Source: Mobula birostris
Lineage: Eukaryota
DNA: 64,000 nucleotides
Direction of reading: 5' to 3'
Assembly: GCF_030028105.1 (NCBI RefSeq)
Contig: NC_092382.1
Coordinates: forward strand, 92,510,295-92,574,294
Shown: piece by piece, positions 37,160-49,589 of the stretch
Numbering within the stretch: the stretch's first letter is position 1
Layout: each line of letters starts with the position of its first letter
Made by a program: the position numbers and the translations under genes
Notes under the pieces: model-generated
Database searches by the model: none
What the model was told of the DNA's origin: nothing
What the model saw: only the letters and a program-made list of their open reading frames with translations

Positions 37160-37810
37160 ACAGAACAGAAATAGGCCCATCAGCCTATCTAGTCTATGCT
37201 GATCTGCTATTATGCCTATTCCCATTGACCCACACTTGGACCACAGCCCCCCAGATCCCTCCTATCCTTGTACTGATCCAAACGTCTCTTCATTGTTACA
37301 TTCAAACCCACATCCACCACTTCACTGACAGCTCATTCCACACTCTCAGTACCCACAGAGTGAAGAGGTTGACCCTCAGGTTGCCCCTTAACTATGTCAC
37401 CTTTCACCCTTCACTCATGACTTCTGCAGTTCTAAACTCTCGCAATGTCAGTGGAAAACCCTGCTTTTATTTACACTACCAATATCCCTCATCATTTTAT
37501 ATTCCTTGATTCAATCTCCCCTCCTTCTCTTGTGTCCAGGAATGAAATTCCAACCTATTGAACCTTTCCCAGTAACACAAGTTCCGACAATATCCTTGTA
37601 AACTTTTTCTGCACACTTTCCAATCTTATTGATAACTTTCCTGTAGGTACATGACCAGATCATTACGCAATATTCCAAATTCAGCCTCAGTAATGTCCCA
37701 TACAATTTCAACATAACATCATAAATCAAAGTATTGAGTACAGGAGTTGTGAAGTTCAAACTGTCGAAAGCTCTCTTCACGACCCTATCTATGTATGACG
37801 CCAATTTCAA
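37160..37810 (-). mobile_element. Decayed CR1 3' fragment
   Basis: IDRVVKRAF...LKLYGTLLRLNLEYCV. Confidence 0.8.
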
Positions 37811-39329
37811 GTAATTATTTATGTCTTTTCCTAGATCGGCAGGAAGAGGAACATTCCCTGTAACGATCTCCTCCACTGACACCAGATCGGTTGGTGGACA
37901 AACCCAGCCCAGGTTCTCCAATCATTGCTCCCTGGGTTCCCACAAGTTCAGTACAGATGTCAACCAGAGAACTGTGATTAGGGGGAATGGCACTCAGGAG
38001 ATGGGAGGTAACAACACGGGCAGAAACCATCAACCAGCATCAAATGGGTTAAATGTCCAACCCCACACTGTCCTCCCATGCCATTCACACCTCCCTCTTT
38101 TGTCATCTCACACCCCATCCATCCCTCCTGAGACACTGAAATCCGTCCCTTAATATTCCCCCATCCCACAGATACAACTCGTGCCATTCCCTGCCTCTTC
38201 CTCCTGTTAGACACCCTGTCCCTCTCCATCCCAGTCACCCGCACACTGTCTCCTCAGTCTCCATCTGCGACTCACCCAGTACATCCTGCTTTCCTGTATT
38301 ACTCTGTCCAACAACTGGGGTCCACCGTCCCTCCACCTTCCCTCTCCATCCTGTCACAGTTTCTGCCTCTCCTCTCTCATTCCTCACCAGTCTCTTCCCT
38401 GTGATCTGCCAGTCTTCCTCTCTGACCTCTCAGAACATCCCTTCGACAGTTACTTCATCACTCTCTGCTCAATCATTCCTGTCACTCTGTCCAAAAGCCA
38501 CAGTGGCTCACCCCACCACCCCTACCCCCGCACAGTCTATCAAACCCAAGCCCAATCCTGACCTTCTACATCACCACATGGTACAACCTTTTCACAAAGA
38601 CCCATCGAACCTTCACTATTCTCCGATGCCCCAGTGTCCTAATGCTTCAGCTGCCCCAATACTTCAAAAACCGCTCAATACCCTGATACACCATAGCCCT
38701 GCCCAACCTCCATATAATGTCCAATATTCAGCAGGTGTCCAGTGTATTCCCACCCTCCGTCTGGGCTACATATTTCCAGGCATCTCCTCCAATCTCCACA
38801 TGATGACCAATCTCCAATCCCTTTGCCACCCTATCCCATCTCCACCTATTTGACCAGTCCAGTGTCAGCCAGTGATACCCTGAACCCCGCTGATCCCTGT
38901 CCCGTCCTTGCTGCCCTTCTTAAACAACGAACAACATTCGCCACATTTCAGGCACCAGTGGCAAGCGATGAACAATCATCTCCACAGTGTTTCCTTCAAT
39001 GATCCCCAACACTGGTTCCTGATCTTCACTGTCCAGCTGTGGACCTGACAATCTTCAGCATCACTTCATCTCCACCCACCTCTTCCCCAACCCCTCCCCA
39101 ACTCTGTGGCACCCTCTCATACCCCTGTCTCTTCTCCAGTCTGGCTTCCACTCCAATTAGCCCTTGTTCCTGCCCACTTCTCCATTCACTCTCCCCATTT
39201 CCATCCCTCCACTCACCATTCTCCCTCCCCTCCTCTCCCTGATACACTGTCCTCCATTTCCTTGTTCACACTCTTCTCCCCTGCCTCCTCACCTTCCTCC
39301 TCCCCTTCTAGTCACCTCTTCCCAATGAC

Positions 39330-39710
39330 CATAAGACCATACGATACAGGAGCAGAACTAGGCCATTTGGCCAGCAATTTTCTTCCTTCTGCCTCTCTCC
39401 CTTCTTGAAGAGTGGAGTGACAGTGGAGTGGAGGGCAATTTTTCCTTCTTCCAGAACCATGCCAGAATCAATTGATTTTTGAAAGATCATTACTAATACC
39501 TCCACAATCTCTTCAGCCACCTCGTTCAGAACTCTGGGCTGCATACGATCTGGTTCTGGTGAATCATCTGCCTTCAGACCTTTTACTTTCCCAAGAACCA
39601 TCTCCCTCATAATAGCAACTTCAAATAATTCTGCCCCTTGACACTCTCCACCTTCTGGCATACTGCTAGTGTCTTCCACAGTGAAGACTGATGCAAAATA
39701 TGTCTTCAGT
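39330..39710 (-). mobile_element. CR1 internal fragment
   Basis: YFASVFTVED...PRVLNEVAEEI...VTPLFKKG. Confidence 0.8.
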
Positions 39711-39988
39711 TCATCCATCTGTTGAGCAAGTTTGTAAATCTGGATGGAGCAAAGGATGTGGGGAATGGCGATGGTGGACTGCCATGGGAGGGGTGTGGGA
39801 CAGGTGGCAGAGAAGGATGGCTAGGGGTGGAGGGGTTTGGGGCAGGGGTGCAGTCAATCCAGCCCTGAGGCAGCATGTAAAATAATTTCATTACAAATAA
39901 CTGGTTCACTGATTACAGAATGTCTCTCGTGCTTCCTGCTCCCTGCCACCTCCTTCACCTTGTCCCAACCATGATTCCCCTCTCCCTG

Positions 39989-40290
39989 CACGTGGCCAAG
40001 TGGTTAAGGCATTGGACTAGTGACCTGAAGGTCGTGAGTTCGAGCCCCAGCTGAGGCAGCGTGTGTGTCCTTGAGCGAGGCACTTAATCACACATTGCTC
40101 TGCAACAACACTGGTGCCAAGCTGTATGGGTCCTAATGCCCTTCCCTTGGACAACATCGGTGTCGTGGAGAGGGGAGACTTGCAGCATGCCAACTGCTGG
40201 TCTTCCATACAACCTTGCCCAGGCCTGTGCCCTGGAGAGTGAAGACCTTCCAGGTGCAGATCTATGGTCTCACATGACTAACGGATGTCC
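39989..40290 (+). mobile_element. tRNA-derived SINE
   Basis: A box TGGCCAAGTGG and B box GAGTTCGAGCCC; body gtgtccttgagcgaggcacttaa; tail gactaacggatg also at ~43600. Confidence 0.8.
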
Positions 40291-40556
40291 CCCTTCCACT
40301 CTCAGTCCACACAGACCATCAGGTTTATCATCAGTAACATAGTGTATGTCAGGATTTTTTTCTGTGGCAACAGTACAAAGCAAGACATAAAATCACCACA
40401 TTTCTTTGTTTTCTACCTTAGCCCCACAGGAGTGAAGATTCATTTTGCTTTATACACGTACACCATCGAATAACAATAAACCTGAACTTGAATCGGCTCA
40501 TGAAACCTTCCAGGTCACAGAATTATTCAATGATACACTTGCACGAGACTTGGTAC

Positions 40557-40652
40557 CTGAATTTGTCTCTCCTGCTGGGACAGAAGATGCTTCCTGGGGA
40601 AAATCTCCAGTGGACGACCCTTCAGACTGTTTCCCTGTGGAAGTCCCAGGAC
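40557..40652 (-). CDS. Candidate 5' linker exon of the NLR gene (Ser/Gly/Thr-rich, 96 nt)
   Basis: ccag/gtacca boundaries, phase 1-1, GPGTSTGKQSEGSSTGDFPQEASSVPAGETNS; paralogous to 41798-41887. Confidence 0.6.
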
Positions 40653-41797
40653 CTGGAATAAAGGAATGGAGAAACAGGAGAGTGGAAACACTGAAACAGA
40701 TCATCAGACAAGACATGAATCTGAGGGAAAATGGGACTGGAGTGTGAAGAAACCAACGTTATCTGTCTCTCATCACTGACTCTCCCTCCTAAACCAGAAT
40801 GACTTCAGGTCTCTCTCCTCAGAGTCAGGGTGAATTTCTGCAACCAAACATGGCGATGAGGATTCCCTTCAGTAAATCCCACCACCGACTCCTGAGCTTG
40901 CAGACTCCTCTGGGCGGATGGTCAAACCTGCATCTGCTTCTCACCTTCAACCTCTCCACTCCATCCTCCACCCCCTTCTGCTCACTCATTCTTCCTCATC
41001 CTCTCCAAAACCTCCCCTCAACCCCAACCCTGACTCTACTCATTACACCATGAAGATAATCTTGACACAAAGATACGTTACTTCAAACGTTCACCATTCT
41101 CCACTGCCAAGTCCAACGATGCACTCCAGTTCCCCAACACTTCAAAAACTCCCCTGAACACTGACACAGTGCTTGCCAATATCACTAACCTCCATGGACT
41201 CACCAGGTATCCAGTCAGTTCCTATCTGACCACCTTGGCCCTCTCGGTGTTTCCCACCACCCCCAAGACACAATGATCATTGTCCTATCCCTCATCCATC
41301 CCAGCTTAACACTACCCATTTGATCAGCCCAGACACACTCAGTGATCCCTGAAGTCCAGGTTTCTAATCCCCGTGACACTGACCACGTAACCCTGCCGCT
41401 GATTGTCAACCCCACCGTCACCTTCAATGACGACCCTGTCCGTCCCTCACCCAGATCCTGATCCTTCCTGAAGGTGACTCAGACATCCCCAGTGACCACT
41501 CACATCCCTCACTCAGCAAAGCCAAGGGGCTCAGTCCTCATGCTCTGGCCACCAACCCACCTCACCCGGCCCCATGAACCAGACTCAGACCAAGGTCATT
41601 ACTGCCCTCGTTATAATTGTACAACACCCTCCCTTGTAGTGATCCTGGATGGTGCTGAAATTTGTCACAGGGAGGAGAGAGGAACCTCTGACTCCATCAT
41701 TCACACCCCATCCCCTGCATCCAACAGGTAAACTGATCCCTGAGAAGCTGTATTTTACAGTGGAAGATTGAATCCATACAGACAGAAGAATTCACAC

Positions 41798-41887
41798 CTG
41801 GGCTCGTGTCTCCTGCTGGGACAGAGGATGATTTCTGGGTGTGTACTCCAGACACTGATCCATCGGTCTGTTTCCCTGTGGAACTAC
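41798..41887 (-). CDS. Candidate 5' linker exon of the NLR gene (90 nt)
   Basis: acag/gtgtga boundaries, phase 1-1, GSSTGKQTDGSVSGVHTQKSSSVPAGDTSP. Confidence 0.6.
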
Positions 41888-42820
41888 CTGTGTGTAGAAC
41901 AGAGGAACAGAGAGAGTGAGAGAGTGGAGACACTGAAGCAATCATCATGAGTCAGAGGAACAGAGGAATAGGTGCGTGTAGAAACAAACATCACACTGCG
42001 TTTCCCCACTGTCTCTCCTAATTCCCTGTCACCCCTGATCATTCCCTTTTGTGGGAGTTCAGGGATCAACAAGGGGATCAGCGTTTCCTTCAATGATCCC
42101 CACCACTGATTCCTGACCTGCAGTGTCCAGCTGTGGGTCTGTACACGTCCAATATCACTTCCTCTCCAGCCTCCTCTCTCCCCATCCACTCAATGGTCCC
42201 TTTGGAGCCCCCAATTTCCCCTCCAATCTGTTATTTCCTCCATCCAACCCTCCGTCGTACCACCCTCTTTCTTCACTCCCCTCATCCCTCTCCGCACTCA
42301 CCATCCTTACTCCCCTACAATCTGCTCATACCACTTCTCCTCCACAATTCTGCATCCTCCTCTTTTCTGTCACACTCATCCCCCCATTTTCTTCATTCCC
42401 CTCCCTTCTGCTTTTCCTTCCCCACTATCAGTCCACTCCCCCTTCAGCCCTTCCCCACATTCCCTCTATTCCCCATACCCGCTCTCGACCTTCATCCTCC
42501 TCTTTCCTCTCTTCCCCTCCCCTTCTCTCTCCCTCCTCCTCTACCCTGTCCCTTCCTTCCACTCTGCCTAATTCACTTTCCCTCCACCTCATTTCCTGTC
42601 CTCCCCTACCCTGTCCCTAATCTCTTCCGCTCTCCCTCCTCTCCTACCCTTCACTCTCCCTCATCCTCTGACCTCTCCTCCACCCCTCCCTGGGATCACA
42701 CACAAATTAAACATCACAGGGAGTAATGGGTTCCCGTTGTCTGTGCATTCCCCAGCCCGGCACAGAGTGCTGAGCTCCAGGGTCCACAGTGCGGCCCCAG
42801 TTGGCTCCTTGAACATCAAA

Positions 42821-43590
42821 CCCCGTGCTTATCAGTTGGAGAGGTGTTCTTTTCGTAAAATTCTGCACCCTTTTTTCTCCAAACATACCTTTGCTCATTG
42901 CGGCCAGAAAGTTCTATTTTAACTTCATCAGTCCACAGGACTTGTTTCCAAAATGCATCAGGTTTGTTTAGACGTTCCTTTGAACCTTTTGAATAGAACT
43001 TTTTGGCCGCAATGAGCAAAGGTATGTTTGGAGAAAAAAGGGTGCAGAATTTCATGAAGAGAACACCTCTCCAACTGTTAAACATGGGGGTGGATCAATC
43101 ATGCTTTGGGCTTGTGTTGCACAGGGAACATTTCACTGGTCGAGGGAAGAATGAATTCAATTAAATACCAGCAAATTCTGGAAGCAAACATCACACTGTC
43201 TGTAAAAAAGCTGAAGGTGAAAAGAGGATGGCTTCTACAACAGGATAATGATCCTAAGCACACCTCAAAATCCACAATGGACTACCTCAAGAGGGGCAAG
43301 CTGAAGGTTTTGCCATGGCCCTCACAGTCCCCCGAGCTAAAAATCATCGAAAATCTGTGGATAAACCTCAAAAGAGCAGTGCATGCAAGATGTCCCAAGA
43401 ATCTCACAGAACTCGAAGCCTCTTGCAAGGAAGAATGGGTGAAAATCCTCCAAACAAGAACTGAAAGACTCTTAGCTGGCTACAAAAAGCGTTTACAAGC
43501 TGTGATACTTGCCAAAGGGGGTGTTACTGCTATGTAGGGTGCCCAAACTTTTGCTTCAGGCCCTTTTCCTTTTTTGTTATTTTGAAACTG
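42821..43590 (+). mobile_element. Tc1 transposase remnant with an inverted 5' segment
   Basis: WTDE (minus strand), VKHGGGSIMLW, QQDNDPKH, WPSQSPELKIIENLW (plus strand). Confidence 0.92.
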
Positions 43591-43619
43591 TTATTTTGAG
43601 ACTAACGGATGCCTACAAG

Positions 43620-44560
43620 TTATTCCTAAGGTGTAAGACACAGTTAACTGGGTGACCGCCAGGAGGCAATGAGCAGGTAGGCAGCCAGTGCAGTGCACCC
43701 CTGGAGCCGTTCCTCTCCGTAGCAGGTATACCGACCTAGAGAGGAAATCTACAGGTGTTTGGTCTCTGTCACGGTGTGGCTCTGTGAATCAGAGGAGAAG
43801 AGGAGAAAACAGGGAAGCAGTAGTGACAGGCGATCTCTAGGTTAGTGGAGCCGACAGGAGGCTCTGTGGATGAGAAAAAGATCCCGGATGGCAGGTTGCC
43901 CCCCTGGTGCCAGGGTCAGGAATGTGCGACACGTACTGGTGAGGTCAGAAATAGGAAGATAGTAGAACAGAGCCAAGGAGAGATTGCGTGAGGTATGACT
44001 TCAGATTAGTTTCCCTTCCAGGTAAGCTGGGACCTGTACTGACAGGGAAAATGGACTTTAAGTTGACTTAATATCCTTGTGGGTACGCTTACGATTCCTA
44101 CCCAGGGGCTTTAAGTAGAGTTGTAGGGGATGGAAACCACTGTACTAGGGCAGATCGTGGAGTGGTTGTGCGGAAAATGTTGCTGGGCCTTTATATAAAG
44201 TCAGAATCGTAAGGTGAAGCAATACAGTTTTGAGTAGCACACACAAATTGCCAGCATCTGCAGATTTTCACTTGCTTGTGTCCGGTTACTGCTATATTGT
44301 TGTGTCTATATTAATGCAAGGCGTGTTGACCATAAGGTGGATAAGCTTAGAGCGTGAATCATCATGTGGAATAATGAAATAGTAACCACTAGTGAGGTTT
44401 GGTTGCAGGAGAGACAGAACTGGCAGCTTAATGCACCAGATTTCTGTTGTTTTAGATACAACAGAGCAGGAAGGATTAAAGGAGAAGGTATGGTACTACC
44501 AAACAAGGAAGCACTCAGACAGGGGAGACTGGATAGCTCATAGACTGAGGCAGGGAGTAG
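43620..44560 (+). mobile_element. Decayed CR1 ORF1/APE region
   Basis: AVVTGD..V.GADRRLCG, PGARV, YINAR, VTTSEVWL motifs. Confidence 0.65.
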
Positions 44561-44739
44561 AGAGGTCAACGAGCTGCTTCTGTGCTGCTGAGGTCTATGG
44601 CTATCTCCATTTTCAGCTGTTCCCTGGAGAACACGCTACTAATTCCTATGACTGTGGGGAAGCCTCTCTTTCCAGTCAGTACATTAATGCACACCAGAGT
44701 CCCCAGGGGATTCTACCCTCCCCCGGTTATTCCTTCGAG

Positions 44740-46860
44740 TCACAGAACACTGTAACACAGAGACAGGCCTTTCAGCCGAAATATTAATCTGCCTAGACCT
44801 AGCGACCTGCACCTGGAACATAGCCCTGCATGTCCTTCCCATTCATAGCCCGACCCAGATTTCTCTTCAATGCTGAAATCATACCCGCATCCACCATTTC
44901 TGCAGGCAGCTAGTCTCAGACTCTCGCCACCCAGTGAGTGAAGAAGATCCCCTTCTTGTTCCCCTTTAACATTTCAGCTTTCGTCCTCAACTCATGATCT
45001 CCACTGTTAGTCTCACCCAACCTAAGTAAAAAGATTCCGCATGCATTTATTCTATTGAATCAGGTCCCCACGTCCCCGGCAACATCCTTGTATTCTTTCT
45101 TTCCGCACTCTTTCAATATTTTTGATGTATTTCCCATAGACATTATACTCCAAAATGGGCCACACCTAATTCAGCCTCAACACAACATCCGAAGACCTAG
45201 AACACAACACTTCACTTTCTGAAGGCCCCGTCTACCCATGATGACACTTGTAAAGAATCACGTGTCTGTGTTCCCAGATCATTCTGTTCGATCGCACTCC
45301 ACACTGCCCTCCAGTGTTTACTGTGCAGGTCATAACCTGGCCTGTTATCCCAAAGTGCAACACCTCTGCATTTCACTTTCCTCAATTTTCAACTGGTCCA
45401 GATCCTGCTGTAAGCTTTGATAGCCTCCCTCTCCGTCCACGCACCCCCAGTCTTGGTGTCATCCGCAAACCTGTTAATCCAGTTTACCATGTCATCCATA
45501 AGACAAAGGAGCAGAAGTCAGCCATTCGGCCCATCAAGTCTGCTCCACCATTTTATCATGAGCTGATCCATTCTCCCATTTAGTCCCATTCCCCTGCCTT
45601 CTCACTATAACCTTTGATGCCCTGGCTACTCAGATACCTATCAATCTCTGCCTTAAAGACACCCAATGACTTGGCCTCCACTGCTGCCCGTGGCAACAAA
45701 TTCCATAGATTCACCACCCTCTGACTAAAAAAATTTTTTTGCATTTCTGTTCTGAATGGGCGCCCTTCAGTCCTTAAGTCTTGCCCTCTCGTACTAGACT
45801 CCCCCATCATGGGAAACGACTTTGCCACATCCACTCTGTTCATGCCTTTCAACATTTGAAATGTTTCTACGAGGTCCCCCCTCATTCTTCTAAAGTCCTT
45901 GGAATACAGTCCAAGAGCGGACAAATGTTCCTCATATGTTAACCCTCTCATTCCCGGAATCATTCTAGTGAATCTTCTCTGTACCCTCTCCAACGTCAGC
46001 ACATCCTTTCTTAAATAAGGAGACCAAAACTGCCCACTGTACTCCAAGTGAGGTCTCACCAGTGTCTTATAGAGCCTCAACATCACATCTCTGCTCCTAT
46101 ACTCTATTCCTCTAGAAATGAATGCCAACATTGCATTCGCCTTCTTCACTACTGACTCAACATGGAGGTTAATCTTAAGGGTATCCTGCAAGAGGACTCC
46201 CAAGTCCCGTTGCATCTCAGAACTTTGAATTCTCTCCCCATTTAAATAATAGTCTGCCCATTTATTTCTTCTGCCAAAGTGCATAACCATACACTTTCCA
46301 ACACTGTATTTCATTTGCCACTTCTTTGCCCATTCTCTCAATCTATCCAAGTCTCTCTGCAGACTCTCCATTTCCTCAGCATTACCGGCCCCTCCACCTA
46401 TATTCATATCGTCAGCAAACTTAGCCACAAAGCCATCATCCAGATGACAAACAACAACGGACCCAGCAGCAATCCTGGCAGTACACCACTACCTACAGGC
46501 CTCCAGACACAACTAGCCACCTACTATCACTACCTGGCTCCTCCTGCATATCCAGCGTCTAATCCATTTTGAATGCCAAGTGGCCAAACCTTCTTGGCTC
46601 ATCTCCCGTGAGATGAAAAAAGGCCTTGCCAAAATCCATATGGAAAATATTCTTTCATCAACTTTCCTGGTTCTTCCTTGAAAAACTCTATGAAACTGGA
46701 TGGAAAGGACGCACCACCAGACAGCCATGCTGTTTATCCCTAATCGATCCATTTCTATCAAAATTCTAACACTTACAATACCTTCCAATAACTTACCCCT
46801 ACTGATGTCACCTCCACCGTCCTAACATGCCTCAGATTATTTTTAGAGCCTTTCTCAAGT
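44740..46860 (-). mobile_element. Nested CR1 fragments (younger copy 45497-46430 within an older one)
   Basis: AKFADD...RPHLEY..QFWSPY...FFSQRVVNLWN, flanked by more decayed CR1. Confidence 0.9.
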
Positions 46861-47215
46861 AAAGGAACAGCATTACGGGCATCACAGTAGCGCGACACCA
46901 TTGCTGCTCAGGGTGTAGTAGCTTGGAGCCCAGTTATGGTGTTCTCTGTGAGCAAATGTGTACTTTCCTACCCCTGTGTGCCTGGGTTTCTTCCGGTTGC
47001 TTCCCAGTCCAAAGACGCACCGGTAGCTGGTTTAATTGGTCAATGTAAATTGCCCTGTGATGGGGTTCGGGTTAAGTCAATGAGTTACTGGGTGGCTCAA
47101 TTGATTATGGAAACTTACCTGAACACATTTGAGAAACTCTATCCCATCCAGCCCTTTTACAGCATGGGAATCCCAGTCAATATTGTTAAACTCTCTCAAT
47201 CAGTGGCTGTACTTA

Positions 47216-48450
47216 ACAATAGACAATAGGAACAGGAGTAGGCCATTCAGCCCTTCGAGACAGCACCGCCATTCACTGTGATCATGGCTGATCATCCACA
47301 ATCAGTACCCAGTTCCTGCCTTCTCCCCATATCCCTTCACTCTGCTATCTTTAAGAGCTCTATCCATCTCTTTCTTGAAAGCATCCAGAGACTTGGACTC
47401 CACAGCCTTCTGGGGCAGAGCATTCCATATACCCACCACTCTCTGGGTGAAAAAGTTTTTCCTCAACTCCATTCTAAATGGCCTGCCCCTTATTCTTAAA
47501 CTGTGGCCTCTGGTTCTGGACTCACCCATCAGCAGGAACATGCTTCCTGTCTGCAGCGTGTCCAATCCCTTAATAATCTCACATGTTTCAATAAGATCCC
47601 CTCTCATCCCTCTAAATTCCAGAGTATACAAGCCCAGTCGCTCCAATCTTTCGACATATGACAGTCCCGCCATTCCGGGAATTAACCTTGTGAACCTACA
47701 CTGCACTCCCTCAATAGCAAGAATGTCCTTCCTCAAATTTGGAGACCAAAACTGCACACAGTACTCCAGATGTGGTCTCACCAGGGACCTGTACAGCTGC
47801 AGAAGGACCTCTTTGTTCTTATACTCAATTGCCCTTGTTATGAAGGCCAGCATGCCATTAGCTTTCTTCACTGCCTGCTGTACTTGCATGCTTGCTTTCA
47901 GTGACTGATGTACAAGAACACCTAGATCTCGTTGTACTTCCCCTTTTCCTAACTTGACTCCATTTAGATAATAATCTGCCTTCCTGTTCTTACCACCAAA
48001 GTGGATAACTTCACATTTATCCACATTAAACTGCATCTGCCCACTCACCCAACCTGTCCAAGTCACCCTGCATTCTCATAACATCCTCCTCACATTTCAC
48101 ACTGCCACCCAGCTTTGTGTCATCAGCAAATTTGCTAATGTTACTTTTAATTCCCTCATCTAAATCATTAATATATATTGTAAACAGCTGCAATCCCAGC
48201 ACTGAACCCTGCGGTACCCCACTGGTCACCGCCTGCCATTCCGAAAGGGACCCGTTAATCGCTACTCTTTGTTTTCTGTCAGCCAGCCAATTTTCAATCC
48301 ATGTCAGTACTCTGCCCCCAATACCATGTGCCCTAATTTTGCCCACTAATCTCTTATGTGGGACTTTATCAAAGGCTTTCTGAAACTCTAGGTACACTAC
48401 ATCCACTGGCTCTCCCTTGTCCACTTTCATAGTTACATCCTCAAAAAATT
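47216..48450 (-). mobile_element. CR1 5'-truncated copy
   Basis: FQKAFDKVPH, GVPQGSVLG, KFADDTK; 3' part near-identical to 24484-25108. Confidence 0.93.
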
Positions 48451-48559
48451 CAGGTGTTGACTCTTTCTTGCTTCTTTTCCTCTATATTTGTGAAATCCAC
48501 ACCAAGGCATTAAATCTGGAGCTGATGTCAAGGCAAAATTTATGCTTGAGGGTATTCTG

Positions 48560-49370
48560 TAGAGTCACCTGCGTGCCCACTGTGCTCCAAGCGATGAACA
48601 CTGGAGCACATCCTCAGCGGCTGTGCAAGGGCACTTGGTGAGGGACGGTACAGGAGGAGGCATGATCAGGTCCTGAAGACCATCGCTGAAGTCGTCAGCG
48701 CAGGAGTTGATTGGGCGAAGTGGTCCCGATCCTTCAAGCAGACCATTGCCTTTGTCAGAGCTGGGAAGCAGCCAATACCCGTCAAAAGAACATCTGCAGG
48801 CATTCTGACCTCTGCAAGGGACTGGCAGCTGTTGGTGGACCTCGAAGGGCAGCTGAAGTTCCCCAACCATATCGCAGCCACCACCCTGCGACCAGACATT
48901 GTCCTAGTGTCTGAGTCTACTAAGCAAGTGGTGCTGCTGGAGCTGACAGTCCCATGGGAAGATAGCTTGGAAGAGGCCTTTGAAAGGAAGCTCTCCAGGT
49001 ACGCAGGACTGGTCAGCAATTGTCAGCAGGCTGGATGGAGAACGAGGTGTCTCCCAGTGGAGGTTGGTTGTAGGGGATTCATGGCCCGTTCCTTAGCTAG
49101 AGCCTTCAGCATTTTGGGCATCGAGGGAGAGAGGAAGAGGAGAGCCATCCGCAGTACCAGCGATGGGGCAGAAAGGGCCCAAAGATGGCTGTGGCTCAAA
49201 AGAGAGGAGCCATGGAGTCATAAGTAGCTAGCCATCTGGACACAAGCTGGGGTCTGATCAGCCCCGGCTGGGTCACCTGGAGGAGGGTGTATGATGTTGA
49301 AAGACCTGAAACACCCGATGATTCCAGGAACATCACTGAAGCTGTGTCCAGAAGCATCAATAGATGTATA
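48560..49370 (+). mobile_element. HERO/NeSL-like non-LTR retrotransposon 3' end (CCHC knuckle + restriction-like endonuclease)
   Basis: CPLCSKR*TLEHILSGC...RHDQVL, then RPDIVLVS...LLELTVPWE...FERKLSRY...PVEVGCRG. Confidence 0.88.
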
Positions 49371-49589
49371 TACACAGAAGTGTAACACACCTTTCGTGCT
49401 GTCTGCTGTAAACAGAACGAGGATTCGCTGATAATCATCTGAAGGAAAACACTGCTTTGCGATCTGCTGATTCCTCATCTGCAAACTACCCTCTGTCAGG
49501 GAGGACAGAAACAGGCCATTTAGCCCATCATGTACATACTGATCATCAGCACAATTCCTGCAACCTCTTGCTGGTCCTATTACACATAG

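Noticed and set aside
42123-42726. Long Ser/Pro/Leu-rich ORFs (also 5611-5988 and 38401-39408)
   Set aside because: Low-complexity pyrimidine-rich intron sequence with no splice or domain support
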